A stretch of 64,000 nucleotides of DNA, taken from assembly GCF_902652985.1 (NCBI RefSeq), contig NC_047016.1:31310001-31374000 (forward strand), in the 5' to 3' direction. Positions 1 through 14,234 of this stretch are shown here, piece after piece. How positions within the stretch are numbered: position 1 is the first letter of the stretch; each line of letters begins with the position of its first letter. The DNA is from Pecten maximus (Eukaryota). The translations under genes were made by a program, and so were the position numbers. Under the pieces are notes generated by a model. That model saw nothing but the letters and a program-made list of their open reading frames with translations, was not told the DNA's origin and searched no databases.

Positions 1-2680
1 TTGTACATGTAACTCACCCAATATTGTATATGTAACTCACCCAATATTGTACATGTAACTCAACCAATCTTGTACATGTAACTCACCCAATATTGTATAT
101 GTAACTCACCCAATATTGTATATGTAACTCACCCACTATTGTATATGTTACTCACCCAATATTGTATATGTAACTCACCCCAATATTGTACATGTAACTC
201 ACCCAATATTGTATATGTAACTCACCAACTATTGTACATGTAACTCACCCAATATTGTACATGTAACTCACCCAATATTGTATATGTAACTCACCGAATA
301 TTGTATATGTAACTCACCCCAATATTGTATATGTAACTCACCCAATATTGTATATGTAACTCACCCAATATTGTATACGTAACTCACCCCAATATTGTAT
401 ATGTAACTCACCCAATATTGTATATGTAACTCACCCCAATATTGTATATGTAACTCACCCAATATTGTATACGTAACTCACCCAATATTGTATATGTAAC
501 TCACCCCAATATTGTACATGTAACTCACCCAATATTGTATATGTAATTCACCCCAATATTGTATATGTAACTCACCCAATATTGTATATGTAACTCACAC
601 AATATTGTACATGTAACTCACACAATATTGTATATGTAACTCACCCCAATATTGTATATGTAACTCACCCCAATATTGTATATGTAACTCACCCAATATT
701 GTATATGTAACTCACCCAATATTGTATATGTAACTCACCCCAATATTGTATATGTAACTCACCCAATATTGTATACGTAACTCACCCAATATTGTATATG
801 TAACTCACCCCAATATTGTATATGTAACTCACCCCAATATTGTATATGTAACTCACCCAATATTGTATACGTAACTCACCCAATATTGTATATGTAACTC
901 ACCCCAATATTGTACATGTAACTCACCCAATATTGTACATGTAACTCACACAATATTGTACATGTAACTCACCAAATAGTGTACATGTAACTCACCCAAT
1001 ATTGTATATGTAACTCACCAACTATTGTACATGTAACTCACCCCAATATTGTACATGTAACTCACCCAATATTGTACATGTAACTCACACAATATTGTAC
1101 ATGTAACTCACACAATATTGTATATGTAACTCAACCAATATTGTACCTGTAACTCACCCCAATATTGTACATGTAACTCACCCAATATTGTATATGTAAC
1201 TCACCCCAATATTGTATATGTAACTCACCCCAATATTGTATATGTAACTCACCCACTATTGTATATGTAACTCACCCAATATTGTATATGTAACTCACCC
1301 AATATTGTATATGTAACTCACCAACTATTGTATATGTAACTCACCCAATATTGTATATGTAACTCACCCAATATTGTACATGTAACTCACCCAATATTGT
1401 ATATGTAACTCACCCAATATTGTACATGTAACTCACCCAATATTGTATATGTAACTCACCCCAATATTGTATATGTAACTCACCCAATATTGTATATGTA
1501 ACTCACCCAGTATTGTACATGTAACTCACCCAATATTGTATATGTAACTCACCCAATATTGTACATGTAACTCACCCAAGTATTGTATATGTAACTCACC
1601 CAATATTGTATATGTAACTCACCCAATATTGTATATGTAACTCACCCAATATTGTATATGTACTCACCCAATATTGTATATGTAACTCACCCAATATTGT
1701 ATATGTAACTCACACAATATTGTACATGTAACTCACCCAAGTATTGTATATGTAACTCACCCAATATTGTATATGTAACTCACCCAATATTGTATATGTA
1801 ACTCACCCCAATATTGTATATGTAACTCACCCAATATTGTATATGTAACTCACCCAATATTGTATATGTAACTCACCCAATATTGTATATGTAACTCACC
1901 CCAATATTGTATATGTAACTCACCCAATATTGTATATGTAACTCACACAATATTGTATATGTAACTCACCTAATATTGTATATGTAACTCACACAATATT
2001 GTATATGTAACTCACCCAATATTGTATATGTAATTCACCCCAATATTGTATATGTAACTCACCCAATATTGTATATGTAACTCACCCAATATTGTATATG
2101 TAACTCACCCCAATATTGTACATGTAACTTACCCCAATATTGTATATGTAACTCACCCCAATATTGTATATGTAACTCACCCCAATATTGTATATGTAAC
2201 TTACCCCAATATTGTATATGTAACTTACCCCAATATTGTATATGTAACTCACCCCTATATTGTACATGTAACTCACACAATATTGTATATGTAACTCACC
2301 CCAATATTGTACATGTAACTCACCCCAATATTGTATATGTAACTCACTCCAATATTGTATATGTAACTCACCCCAATATTGTACATGTAACTCACACAAT
2401 ATTGTACATGTAACTCACCCAATATTGTACATGTAACTCACACAATATTGTATATGTAACTCACTCCAATATTGTATATGTAACTCACCCCAATATTGTA
2501 TATGTAACTCACACAATATTGTACATGTAACTCACACAATATTGTATATGTAACTCACCCCAATATTGTATATGTAACTCAACCAATATTGTATATGTAA
2601 CTCACCCCAATATTGTACATGTAACTCACTCCAATATTGTATATGTAACTCACCCCAATATTGTACATGTAACCCCAACC
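1..2680. repeat. Minisatellite, 23/24-bp unit CCC(C)AATATTGTA(T/C)ATGTAACTCA, >100 copies, runs off the window start
   Basis: Directly visible periodicity (e.g. TTGTA at 1 and 24). The ORFs at 2059-2767 are 8-aa repeat translations of the 24-bp variant. Confidence 0.98.
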
Positions 2681-3268
2681 ATTATTGAATATGTTACCCC
2701 GTCCTCTATATTTCATGTATCCAAACCTATTGTTGTGGCCCCGCCCATTATTGTTTATGTAACTCATCCACTGTTGTTACCCCACCCACAATCTTACATG
2801 CTGACCCTAAATGTTTGTCCCTGTTTTGAGCGAGACTGCTACACTAACTGTGGTAGAACTATCTGTAAGATAAAACTTTTCATTATACAAATGTTTTGAT
2901 TTTAGAGATTAATACCTATCGGAGCACGTGCATGAAACATGATGTACAAGTCAGTGCAATACATGCTGTGAAAATTAGGTGAACATATACATTGATTAGC
3001 GGTGTCTCTATTTCTATATTGCGCGCACCTGCTTATCTTTAAACATGTCTGCCTAGTTTAGACAGCAATTCGACTTTTATCTACCTCCAAATGTGTTAAT
3101 TATAGGGCTATCCACGGACGCAGACTACAAAATCACATACCCATGCATGAAGCATTGCGCTTATGAGAAAATGTAATTAATGGCAAGTCATTTTTATAAT
3201 TTAATATTGAATAACATATATCGTTTATCTGTGTATATTCTCATATTGACATAATCTTGAAATCATCA

Positions 3269-3510
3269 GTGAAATATTGATTAATATGGGTTGTGTGTGC
3301 TTCATAACAGTGAAATATTTATCAATATGTGGTGTTTGTGTGTGCGTTACATAACCGTGAAATATTGATTTATATGGGTTGTGTACGTTACATAACCGTG
3401 AAATATTGATTAATATAGATTGTGTATGTTACATAACCATGAAATATTGATTGATGTGGGTTGTGTATGTTACATAAAAGTGAAATATTGATTAATATAG
3501 ATTGTGTGTG
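3269..3510. repeat. Short minisatellite, ~41-bp unit, ~6 copies
   Basis: (G/A)TGAAATATT recurs at 3269, 3310, 3357, 3398, 3439 and 3480. Confidence 0.9.
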
Positions 3511-4217
3511 TTGCTTTCAAAGATAAAAGTTAAAGAAAATAGCAGAAGTGTGTGGAGCCTCTAACATTTTTGGCGATGTAGCATTACGTTAGTCGTCTCT
3601 GCTGCGAGTAGAAGAAAGAGTTACCGCCCTTGCAACATAAAAATTTCCAGTGGAATGAGACGGAGAAAGATAGGACACTCCGAGTCACCCAGTAGCGCTG
3701 TGTAGATATATACCCTTATCTCTGGCCACCATCTCTGAGGAGGTATATCTCTCTTGGTATGGAAACCTTGGTGTAACAGCGCCTTATGACCACAGAAATA
3801 CTATATAACTGTATGTAAAGGTGACAATGTTTTGTTTGATTTAGAAACCAACCTCTCAAAGTTCGCGAAATGATCCCTACACAGGTGGCGTCTCAATAAA
3901 AGCTCGTTAAATGTTAATATAGCTACAGCGAGAAGATATGAGAGTGGTTTTTTAAACCTAATAATCTCTTTCTAAATGTGGTATCTCAAGTAAGTTTTAA
4001 ATATGGAAACTGCTAACTGTTGGCTTGATTTAGTTTAAATATGTTCGTATTATCAGGCGCTTCAGTTGGTTGGATCGAAAGTTCGCCTGGGACCGGTAAC
4101 ACCAAAAGATGACCATTTTAATCGTTATTTCAAGTTTTATAAATTTGAAAATTCTGCCCAATGTTTATTGCTCAGGACAAATCATAACATCGGGTTTTCT
4201 GATACAGTTACAGTATA

Positions 4218-4500
4218 GGGTGGTCGGCTGATATAGCGGTTACACACTTGCCTTCACCTAGGCGGCCGGGGTTCGATTCCCCGATCTGACATACAAAGGT
4301 ATATGAGGTCAACTATCCGACCATAAGGGTTTTCTCCGGCGGGTTCTCTGGTTCAACCTCTCACAATAAAACCACTTACGCACTTCCCTCCCGGTTAACA
4401 AGAGTGACTGATTCCAATACACAGGTCTCATTAAAAGTGAACTGACACATACCATTGAACTTGTGGAGACGGATATACGTATCTTACGTCCTTTATTTAT
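4218..4500 (+). mobile_element. tRNA-derived SINE with V-domain-like core (degenerate)
   Basis: Box A-like TGATATAGCGG (4229-4239) and box B GGTTCGATTCC (4270-4280). The following GGGTTTTCTCCGGCGGGTTCTCTGGTT resembles the V-SINE core. The 3' end is approximate. Confidence 0.7.
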
Positions 4501-5507
4501 TGTATATGTAGGCCTTGTCAATTTTAGAATGAAAACTTAAAAAAATAAAGCATATATTAAATAAATGAATAAATAGAAATAAGTAAAAATAAATAAATTT
4601 TAATAAATAAATAAATATACATCTACTAACTACAATCAGCTAGGTTAATTGACGAAGAAACATACACACACACCTTGATTTGAATTAATAGATTTACTAC
4701 CATTCAGATAACAATACTTTTCTCGTATAGTGCCGAGCGGCTGTCGTATATATTACGGCGACCTGAGAGGAACACACGTTATCTTATCCGTAACAAACTC
4801 ATTCATCATCGGATATCCGGAGGAAGGAACGAGATAGTGAGAAATTTAGACTGATATTTTTGACACTTACAAGATATTTAGAAGTAAAGCAGGTGTTTTA
4901 TATATATATGTATATTTTCTAACCTGTACGGGGTGAGATAATATATTCAGTCAACCACTTTATACCCGGATATGACGTGTGTACACTCATCTGTTAATTC
5001 TTACACCAGAATGTTTCAACCATAAAACATTTCGACGGAAGCATTCGTAATAATCGGCAAGCATTTCGGTGACATCGTCGTTAGTGATGTGAGACCTTTT
5101 TATGTAAAATGCAAGATTGCCTCCCTTGACTCTGTTTACAAAAGGTTATTGTGTATTTTCGTTTTGTTCAAAAGCCTACCAGCCAGCAAGGTAGACTCAC
5201 ACAAATGAAAAGATATTTGTCGGTGATTTTTTTTTTGTATTGTATGCTACAGAAATGTAATGTAATTGGAAGGAAAACATAATTAAAATATAATTGTTTA
5301 ACTTAGGCACCTTCAAAAACTTTAAACTGTTAATTGTGGTTATTCTTGTTTGTTATTTTGGTCAACTGGTGGTCGAATTGTGTACCAAAGTGATTGTTAC
5401 CCGAGTCCGCTTAGGTCTGCCACAAAACTATTTGTCTTTATGAAGTATTTAGATATACATGTATATCCCATATATATAAGATTATTTGTATCAATATCTT
5501 ATAAAAT

Positions 5508-5599
5508 CTCTCTCTGTCTCTCTCTCTCTTCTTTCCCCCTCCACCTCCCCCTCTCTTCCCCTTTCTCTCCGTCACTCTCTCCGTCTCCCTCCCCTTCTG

Positions 5600-5630
<31 letters not shown>

Positions 5631-5632
5631 AT
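5508..5632. repeat. Imperfect (CT)n / pyrimidine microsatellite
   Basis: Directly visible; explains the SL-rich ORF at 5350-5682. Confidence 0.9.
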
Positions 5633-5639
5633 TTCTTAT

Positions 5640-5796
5640 AAAATTAGATTGTAAATATGTAAATAAAACTGCCATCATGTGAATTTTCTCTCAATGTAAA
5701 ATTGTATCGGGAGAGGGCTTAATATAAGTTGGAAAACTTGTACCCAATCCCTTTGTAACAAATTGTAAATTACAAATAAAATATGTTTAAATCAAA
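5640..5796 (+). mobile_element. Possible 3' UTR/tail remnant of a CR1/L2-type LINE
   Basis: GGAGAGGGCTTAATATAAGTTGGAAAACTTGTACCCAATCCCTTT followed by AATAAAATATGTTTAAAT resembles recalled bivalve CR1-type 3' ends. No RT sequence is visible. Confidence 0.35.
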
Positions 5797-5936
5797 CTGG
5801 TGGTCCATATGGTTGCGGTTTGAGTTCGTGAATTTACAGAAATATTGCTACTAAATTATGAAAATCAATTTGTGTTTGATTTTCGTGAAATTGACGGAAA
5901 AAATTCTACCAGCACGCGAACGAAAAACAGAAGATA

Positions 5937-8931
5937 AAACAAGAAATATCTTTTAAAAAGATAAGCGGCATAGTTTTAATTCTGGTGGTTATAATGTAAA
6001 ACTGCTGTTCAAGTAAATTAACGAACAAATGCGTTTCAGCACGGATAACAAAATTATGTCAGTTTGAATCATTTTTGGTGATAATAAAACTGCATTTGAA
6101 TCAGAAATATAATGTTATTAATGTGTCATTTGAAAAGATACATCTACTTATTCAGCTTGCATTCAATATTAGCTTTGTTTCGTTTTAACTGCATATCTTC
6201 CATTTTGCATTTACCGCTACATTGACCAATCACATACTTCATCTTCACCAGTAACGCCACCTGTCGCGTTATATCCGGGGCCAAAAGTATACCGAAAAAC
6301 ATTGTAGCCTAACTTGGTTAGCATAATTAATACCTGTACAATTTAATGTCTGTACACTTCATTAAACTTCGCCTCGAAAATACAGTGACACCAGCCATGT
6401 CTACCAAATTCATCATTCTGACTGACAATTTACAGAGTTATCTACCTTTATATCAATGTTGTAATCACGTGTTGTACGTAAAACACATACACGAATTTCA
6501 CAAATAAACTATCATTTTCCAATCCACGCGTCGACGATTTTAACGTCTGCGTATAGCTTCTGGTTGTACCCTGGCTGTGGAATACTGGGATCGTTACGAC
6601 GATAGTACTATTACTGGCGAACAAGGACCTTTAAACATAATCTAAAAAGGTTACATAGGTCACTGCTGTGTGGTCACTTTCATTTATTGGGCCCGAAAGG
6701 TTAGGATGACCTTGTCACAGTGCTTTGTTCGTCTCGTCCGCCGTGCTATATGTGCGTAAACTTTTCATAAATCACACTTCTTCTCAAGTTCTACCTGTAG
6801 ATTCTGCTTAAAATTGCCTGAAATGATCATAAAAATGGTTCTTAAAAGTATTCATTCGCAAATCAAAGATTGTCGCCATTTTGAAAAAAATACATATCAA
6901 ACTTCTTCTCCAGTTCCACTCGTGCTATTGAACTGAAAATTGGTGAGTAAAGCCGACTAAGTCTTGTTATTTTTCGCCAGTCTAAAAACTTATATACGGC
7001 AGCTTCGACAGCCATTCTGAAACATGATTGCGTATTTAAATGTAATACTGCTAGTAAATATTTGTTCGTATTTAACGATAACTATTTCATTGAAACATCT
7101 AATTTGAATGATTACAAGATTAAAACATATTTTATCTTATTGTGTTTCTAACATTGAGTTTGTCAAGGCCGTCTTCACAAAGCATTCAAAACTCGCTCAT
7201 TATCAACAAAGTTAGAAGAAATAACAGAAACGCGATGTAACCGCATTTCTTTTAACCTCACAATTACATGCTTTTTTGATACACTTTATTTTCTGCTAGT
7301 TACTTTTCCTTTGATATGCTAGGGCCGCGTTGGCCGCTTTTGTCTGGGGCATTACTTACATGTGTTTGGTCCTGTGAAGTGCCTGGTACCCACATTAGTA
7401 TGTCCGGTCCATCCTCTCATCTCGTGAGTACACGTCAGAGAGCAGCCACTGTACCAATACCCGCCAGTCAGTTCCGGTGACACTGCATAGGAGCTGTAAC
7501 TTCGTAATTTATCTACTACCTGAACTTTGGAGGCGAGCAAAAGCAAATGCATGTAAATAAATAGCAATGATGTTCAATAGATTATCAATTATATATATAC
7601 TTTGTTGCTCTGATAGGGAAGAAGCGGAGACCAAAAGTTCTGACATACAAATACAGCCAACAGAAGTTAAAAATGCATTAGTTTAACTGCCACTCATAAT
7701 TCTATATCACTACCTAGTGTTACCGAGACCTTTCGATGGTCACTTTCCGTCTTGGTTGACTCTAGATGCCGCCTCTTCATCTTTCTAACTTGACATCGTG
7801 TGGGATCTAGCATTTGGCTTGAAATCGACAGAGGTTTTTGACAGTTTTATAATAAATCGAAATATGATTAAATTTTGGCACTCGTAGAATAAGATTTCCA
7901 GCTACGCCACCTGGTCATATTGCCAAATATTCCCCATGCCGTTTGCGTTTACCGTGGTTCAAACGGTTGGACCAAAGTTGTTCGTTTATGGAATAAAACG
8001 GACCTGGTGATTGTATATTGTTTTCAGACGAGCCTCGACAACGACTTCTAAGTCCTGTATCATCATCTGCAGATCCGTCAAGATATATGCCGGAAATATT
8101 ACATTTAATAACAGATGAAACGGAACTTACTTCATTGAATAAATTCATTATTGATATAAATGAGATCATTAATGCGCAATACTGATGTCCATCCTGTTTT
8201 ACCATGTATCATTGTTATCCATTTGTTAATGAACAATTGAACGAACAGGTCCCGGAGTGTATAATTTGCCGCAATAAAATGTGATAATGTATCTTATCTT
8301 GTACTTGAAAACAGAAGTCATTTATTCGTTGTCCATCATCACTATTTTTTTTAATGCAACTAGCTCAAATTTACTAAATCTGTTAAAACGACAGCGGTAG
8401 TTACGTGATATCTTGGTTTATCATCAACTGTGACGTCATTCAAACCAAACAAAATACCTAGGATCGAATATACCGAAAATACTAACAAGAAAATGAGCTT
8501 AATCATTTCAATTTACAATAAAATGTCTTCACGGTTTTTTTTATTATTATTTTTTCGGCATAGCCGTATAATATTCTTTTGGCCCCGGATATGATGCGAC
8601 AGGTGGCGTTACTGGTTAAGATAAAGTATGGGATTGATCAATGTAGCGGTAAATGCAAAATTCAGATATGCACTTAAAAACGAAACTGAGTTATGATTGA
8701 ATGGAAGCTGGATAAGTGGACGTTTCTTTTCAAATGACACATTAATATAATTATATTCCTGATTCACTCAAATGCAGTCTTATTATCACCAAAAATGATT
8801 CAAACTGATATAATTTTGTTATTCGTGCTGAAACGCTTTAGTTCGTTAATGTATTTCACAAGCAGTTTTACATTATAACCACCAGCATTAAAACTATGCC
8901 GTTTATCTTTATTTAAAGATATTTCTTGTTT
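5937..8931. mobile_element. ~3-kb non-autonomous element bounded by ~350-bp inverted repeats (5937-6287 and 8576-8931)
   Basis: The arms are reverse complements with scattered mismatches, e.g. CCAGTAACGCCACCTGTCGCGTTATATCCGGGGCCAAAAG vs CTTTTGGCCCCGGATATGATGCGACAGGTGGCGTTACTGG. No transposase ORF is recognised inside. Confidence 0.8.
6683..7343 (+). mobile_element. Degenerate Helentron-associated (HINE/pearl-like) element nested in the inverted-repeat element
   Basis: Starts TTTATTGGGCCCGAAAGG, has a GTC-rich stretch and two diverged internal repeats (ACTTCTTCTC...AGTTC at ~6776 and ~6901), and ends in a GGGCCGCGTTGGCC hairpin plus TTTTGT. The family match is from recall. Confidence 0.4.
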
Positions 8932-9411
8932 AAAGATATTTCTTGTTAATTCATAAAACTATTTTATTTGTATAGTATACGTTCCTAAGCGGTGCTGCCA
9001 CTGTATGTAAAGCAGAGCGCACATTCACGTGCATAACTACCTGGACGAGAATCACAGAGTGACATCCGACCCGCCTGTTTCTGACATAATCGGCGCGTCT
9101 GTACTGGCCAATATATGAATATCAAATCCTTATCTCTCTCTTGCATCAGCCCGAGCGGAAAGCCAAATGCACCATCAGGATCCTTACAGATAGATTTCAG
9201 TGTTTAGTGTGTTTCTCGCTTTATGGAATACTGATATATTTTCTCTGCCATGCTTCCTCGCAGTAGCAACTATTCTCAAGGACGTTTTTATACTGGGTCT
9301 GCTATCTGTTAAATACTGCTCTGTAGACAAGTTCGCTGTCAAAACACTGCCAGATTCTTATCCTGTCTAAAGTCCTGTGGAGCAGGAATACTTACAGACT
9401 GGACTATATCA

Positions 9412-9457
9412 ATGGCAAAAAATCAAAAAGATAAAAAAAAGAGAGCGAAAAAAGTTG
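9412..9457 (+). other. Candidate upstream exon end, ATG-initiated basic micro-ORF (MAKNQKDKKKRAKKV) followed by a GTAAG donor
   Basis: ATG at 9412 reads open to TTG|GTAAGG at 9457/9458, in unique, relatively CpG-rich sequence (~8985-10150). Confidence 0.35.
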
Positions 9458-11214
9458 GTAAGGTGTTTTTTCCTTCTTATTTAAGAGACTTTTTGGTGGT
9501 TTCATGAAAAAAGATGCATTTTCGGAAAAGACAACGTGCATTTTAAACACTGCTTCCAATGGATCGGTTTAAACTGGAATTTACCAGGATTGAGTGGCGT
9601 AGACGTACGTCTTAGCTGATTGTGTTTCAAGTACTTGTGGATATTAAAGGGTTTTTTTCGAAGGGAAATGGAATATGCCTCTCAGGAAAATGTATTTCGG
9701 TGGAATGCATACTACTTGTGATAATTAATTAACAAGGTGTTGATTTCACGTGGAAGTGTTAATTAGAAAGTGATTCTATCCCGTTGATGTACTAATGTTA
9801 GTCCAATTACCGTAGTAACCGACCCGCGGGGAGAGGCCGTCTCACGGAATGGTTGCATACTGCGCGTCATAACAGCTACGCGCGTGTTTACACCAAGTTA
9901 CTCAGAAAACGGGTACCAAAAATAGACAGAAGGCGAATCGAGAGGAGCCGTCGCGTGAGAGAGGGGGTCTTTCCCTACAGACTTGGTTTACCGGGGGGAC
10001 TGGAGTTTTATTTACCAATAGGGGCCGGGGCACGCCCAAAATGGAGCGACATCAAACATAAGGTAAGGTTCAGAATCCGGATTTTCTTGAACGGAAACGT
10101 TTTTACCAATTACATTGTTGTGCAAAAGGTCAAAGGCATACAAGTTCGTTAATGATGAACACATGCTAGATTCATATGCTGCCTGTTTAAAGATCGTTAT
10201 TTTCTCGAGTGGTCGAGGTTACTACGTAAATCACACCTAGTTTTGTTAACGATGTATTTCACATGTAAACATTTCAGTGTGGTTTTGATATATACTGTTA
10301 TTATGAGAGAATGGAACGAACCTATATGTAAAACACGTGTAAATACACACAGTGATAATTTTCAGAGAATGTTGTATTGTTGCTATGAAATATGATACAA
10401 GTCCTGTATGGTGGCTGCACTCTCAACTCTACCCCCTCTCTCAACTCTACCCCCTCCCCTTCCTCGTGTTCCACTCAGCGGATGATCGTGGCAAACATGT
10501 CGAGCTTGGAGAATGATTCATAAATTCTTGAGCTATTTTTAGTGATAAACAACCCGACTAATTGCGTTTCCTGACAAATTAGCTATGGATTTATTTTTTG
10601 CGATGTAATCCAGGTGCTTCAGAGTCAGCTGTCGAGTTCAAGGGATATGTTGGGTAATTTTAGTATCATAAAGAATCAAAATGCAAGCAACTGAAATAAT
10701 ATTATTTTTGATACAAAGCCATTTTATGAGGGCTCTATGCTGATTTGTGTATCGGTATAGCAAGTGTTTTAGAGATGTGTTTTATGGGAAGGAAACTTGT
10801 TCTCTCGTCTCATTAGTTTAGACATTTAATGCGTGTACATGCATTTTCACCATGTCATACGCAAATGCCACATTCTCTAACCAATGTTTTCGCATTGGTA
10901 TCGATGACACATCTATAACCTCTAGTACCTAAGTGGCACACCCCTTACCCTCATCCCACCTCACTATCGTACACATCATACCTATCATACACTACTGTAC
11001 ATAGGTTACACGACACACACAAACCTAACTACATAACCTTATAATCTGATATACCAAACTCCATCATACCAACCTTAAACATATCCCGACCTGTCAGATA
11101 CATCTCACTCCCTAAACCCGGCGAGAGTTGTGTTGGTGGGGTACGATTTGTAAGGGACTAAATGTGAGAGTTGTATGCGAAACATTTGTAATGGGGATCT
11201 CGTCCCAGACTCCA

Positions 11215-12750
11215 TAAATCACACCCTGTCTCACACAACTCACACTCCGTCCTACACAACTCATGCCTCGTCTTACAAAGCTCACGTCCTACACAACTCA
11301 CACGCCGTCCTACACAACTCACACCTAGTCTTACACGACTCACGTCCTACACAACTCACACGCCGTCCTACACAACTCATGCCTCGTCCTACACAACTCA
11401 TGCCTCGTCTTACACAACTCATGTCGTCCTACACAACTCACGCCACGTCTCACACAACTCACACACCGTCCTACACAACTCACACACCGTCCTACACAAC
11501 TCACATACCGTCCCACACAACTCACGCCACGTCTTACACGTCTCACGTCCTACACAACTCACACTCCGTCCTACACAATTCACAACCCGTCCTACACAAC
11601 TCACACCACGTCTTACAAAGTTCACGTCCTACACAACTCACACGCCGTCCTACACAGCTCACGCCACGTCTTACACGGATCACATCCTACACAACTCACA
11701 CGCCGTCCTACACAATTCAAAACCCGTCCTACACAACTCCCCACATAACACACATCCAACTCTAAACAATAGACTTTTATCCCACACAACTCACATCACG
11801 CCCTACACAACTCACATCTCATCCTAAACAACTCACATCTCGTCCTAAACAAATCATACCTCGTCCTACACAACTCACACTCCGTCCTACACAACACACT
11901 CCGTCCTACACAACTCACATCTCATCCTAAACAAATCACACCTCGTCCTACACAACTCACACCACGTCTTACACACCATACACACGGCCTTCCACAACTC
12001 ACACCCCGTCCTACACACCATACACACCGCCCTACACAACTCACACCCCATCCTACACAACTCACACCCCACCCTACACAACTCACACCCCACCCTACAC
12101 AACTCACACCCCATCCTACACAACACACACACCGCCCTACACAACTCACAACCCCGTCCTACACACCATACACACCGCCCTACACAACACACACCCCGTC
12201 CTACACACCATACACACCGTCTCACAAACCTCATTACACCACACACCATACACACCGCCTACAACTACACACCATACACACCGTCCTACACAACTCATAC
12301 ACCGCCCTACACAACACACACACCGTCCTACACAACACACACACCGTCCTACACAACACACACACCGTCCTACACAACACACACACCGTCCTACACAACA
12401 CACACACCGTCCTACACAACACACACACCGTCCTACACAACACACACACCGCCCTACACAACTCACACACCGCCCTACACAACATACACACCGCTCTACA
12501 CAACACACACACCGCCCTACACAACACACACACCGCTCTACACAACACACACACCGCCCTACACAACACACACACCGCTCTACACAACACACACACCGCC
12601 CTACACAACACACACACCGCCCTACACAACTCACACACCGTCCTACACAACATACACACCGTCCTACACAACATACACACCGTCCTACACAACACGCACA
12701 CCGCCCTACACACCATACACACCGCCCTACACAACTCACACCCCGTCACC
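11215..12750. repeat. C/A-rich minisatellite, 21-bp unit CACACCGTCCTACACAAC(T/A)CA
   Basis: Visible periodicity; the ORFs here are 7-aa repeats (HTPSYTT, CVCCVGR). Confidence 0.95.
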
Positions 12751-13505
12751 CCGTCTCGCTCAAAAGCATTGTACACACTGTCCAGTGCCTATCACTCTTT
12801 CATTACTCTTATATAAATGAAGTGTCGTTTCAAGTTCATTCGTACATTCACGAGTACTGCAATACATAACGCACGTGTACTGCACGTACATGACTCAGCA
12901 CAAGTTGTCTGGTTTTTAACCCGATCATATCGGATAACGTGTTAGTTATCCCAAGAGTAAGAAACCTGGCCAACTGTTTATATATCTGCTTTATGTATCG
13001 CCGATGGAAGGTTTTCCATGTCGATACGTTTGGCTACAAAGAACGATACGTACCTTCAGACCTACTTTTCCCGGTCATATATCTACATGATATCTCAGAA
13101 ATATCTTACTAAGTTATATATACATATAAATGGTGATTGCTTTCTGATAGCATTCCTGACAACGCAAAGGGGCTATAGTTTGAAAACCAGAAACGAATTA
13201 CGAGAAGTCAGTCTTTGTCAAAAGACTCGCATTGGTCGTGGCTACGCAAATAAACACATCTTTATACTATACTAGGGGTATAGAAAATATTATCATTGAC
13301 AAAAAATATAGAAAGTAAATTGACAAAAGAAGATGTATTTATGTCTAATATGCTTTATTATTTAATGTTTTCTGAATGTATAATTAGAGCAACAGCGTGT
13401 CTTCGTGAGGTGCCTTAAAACAAATTGTGATTATATATGTATATGTGAACATGTATAATAATTATAATTGAAGACAAACAACAGAATAAATACAGATCAA
13501 AATGA

Positions 13506-13694
13506 CATACTATATCAATTACTTTACGAATAATTCACGAAAAACGCGCAGTTACGTATCCCGGTATCTGAATTATGTGAAGATGCTGTTTGAGCCAAAA
13601 CGACTGTATGTGTCAGTAGGTTTTGGGGTGTTTTGGCATGCTTACAGAAGAAATGATATGTCTTTACTAAACTGTAAATGTCTCTGTCAACCTT
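13506..13694 (+). repeat. ~190-bp dispersed direct repeat, copy 1 (copy 2 at 15626-15812)
   Basis: Shared blocks CAATTACTTTACGAAT, AAAACGCGCAGTTAC, AAACGACTGTATGTGTCAGT, TTTTGGCATGCTTACAGAAGAAAT and TCTCTGTCAACCTT. Confidence 0.92.
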
Positions 13695-14234
13695 AGGTGC
13701 ACTAAAACACATTGTAATAATCTATATAAACATGTGAACTTTTTGTGACAAACTAACCACGTACAACCCGAACGCGCTGTAACACACGAACGCGCTGTAC
13801 GGTAACCAACGAACGCGCTCATTCGTAACTACTCGGCCGATTCCGTACCTTGTTTAGATGACCGTAGAGATACGGCCGAGTGTTCCGAGTGGGACGCGCT
13901 GTAACTCATGGACGTGTTGCCTCATCCCTATATCATTACGGTGCTGTATTATTCAATAATCTATAAATAAATCTAATCCGATAATCAAAGGACCTTGTAA
14001 CAAACATGCTGATAAATGTAATGGAAAATTTACTGGCATCAAAGATGAACCTTTATCATATATAGATAAACAATGCGATAACAGCAATGTACCTATATAT
14101 ATATATATATAAAGGATCAGCGTATACCAACACTATAGAGGCAATAAAGCTCTGATTAATCTATCGAGAGAGCCAATATGGAAATCACGAGATAACAATG
14201 GTAAGTCTAGAGCCAGACAACAGAGTGAATGAAG

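Noticed and set aside
4218-4290. tRNA gene
   Set aside because: Boxes A and B are present, but there is no convincing acceptor stem and the sequence continues into a SINE core. The same applies at 53590-53664.
11158-12776. Cys-rich 'metallothionein/keratin-associated-like' ORFs
   Set aside because: A 21-bp tandem repeat read in multiple frames on both strands, with no gene structure.
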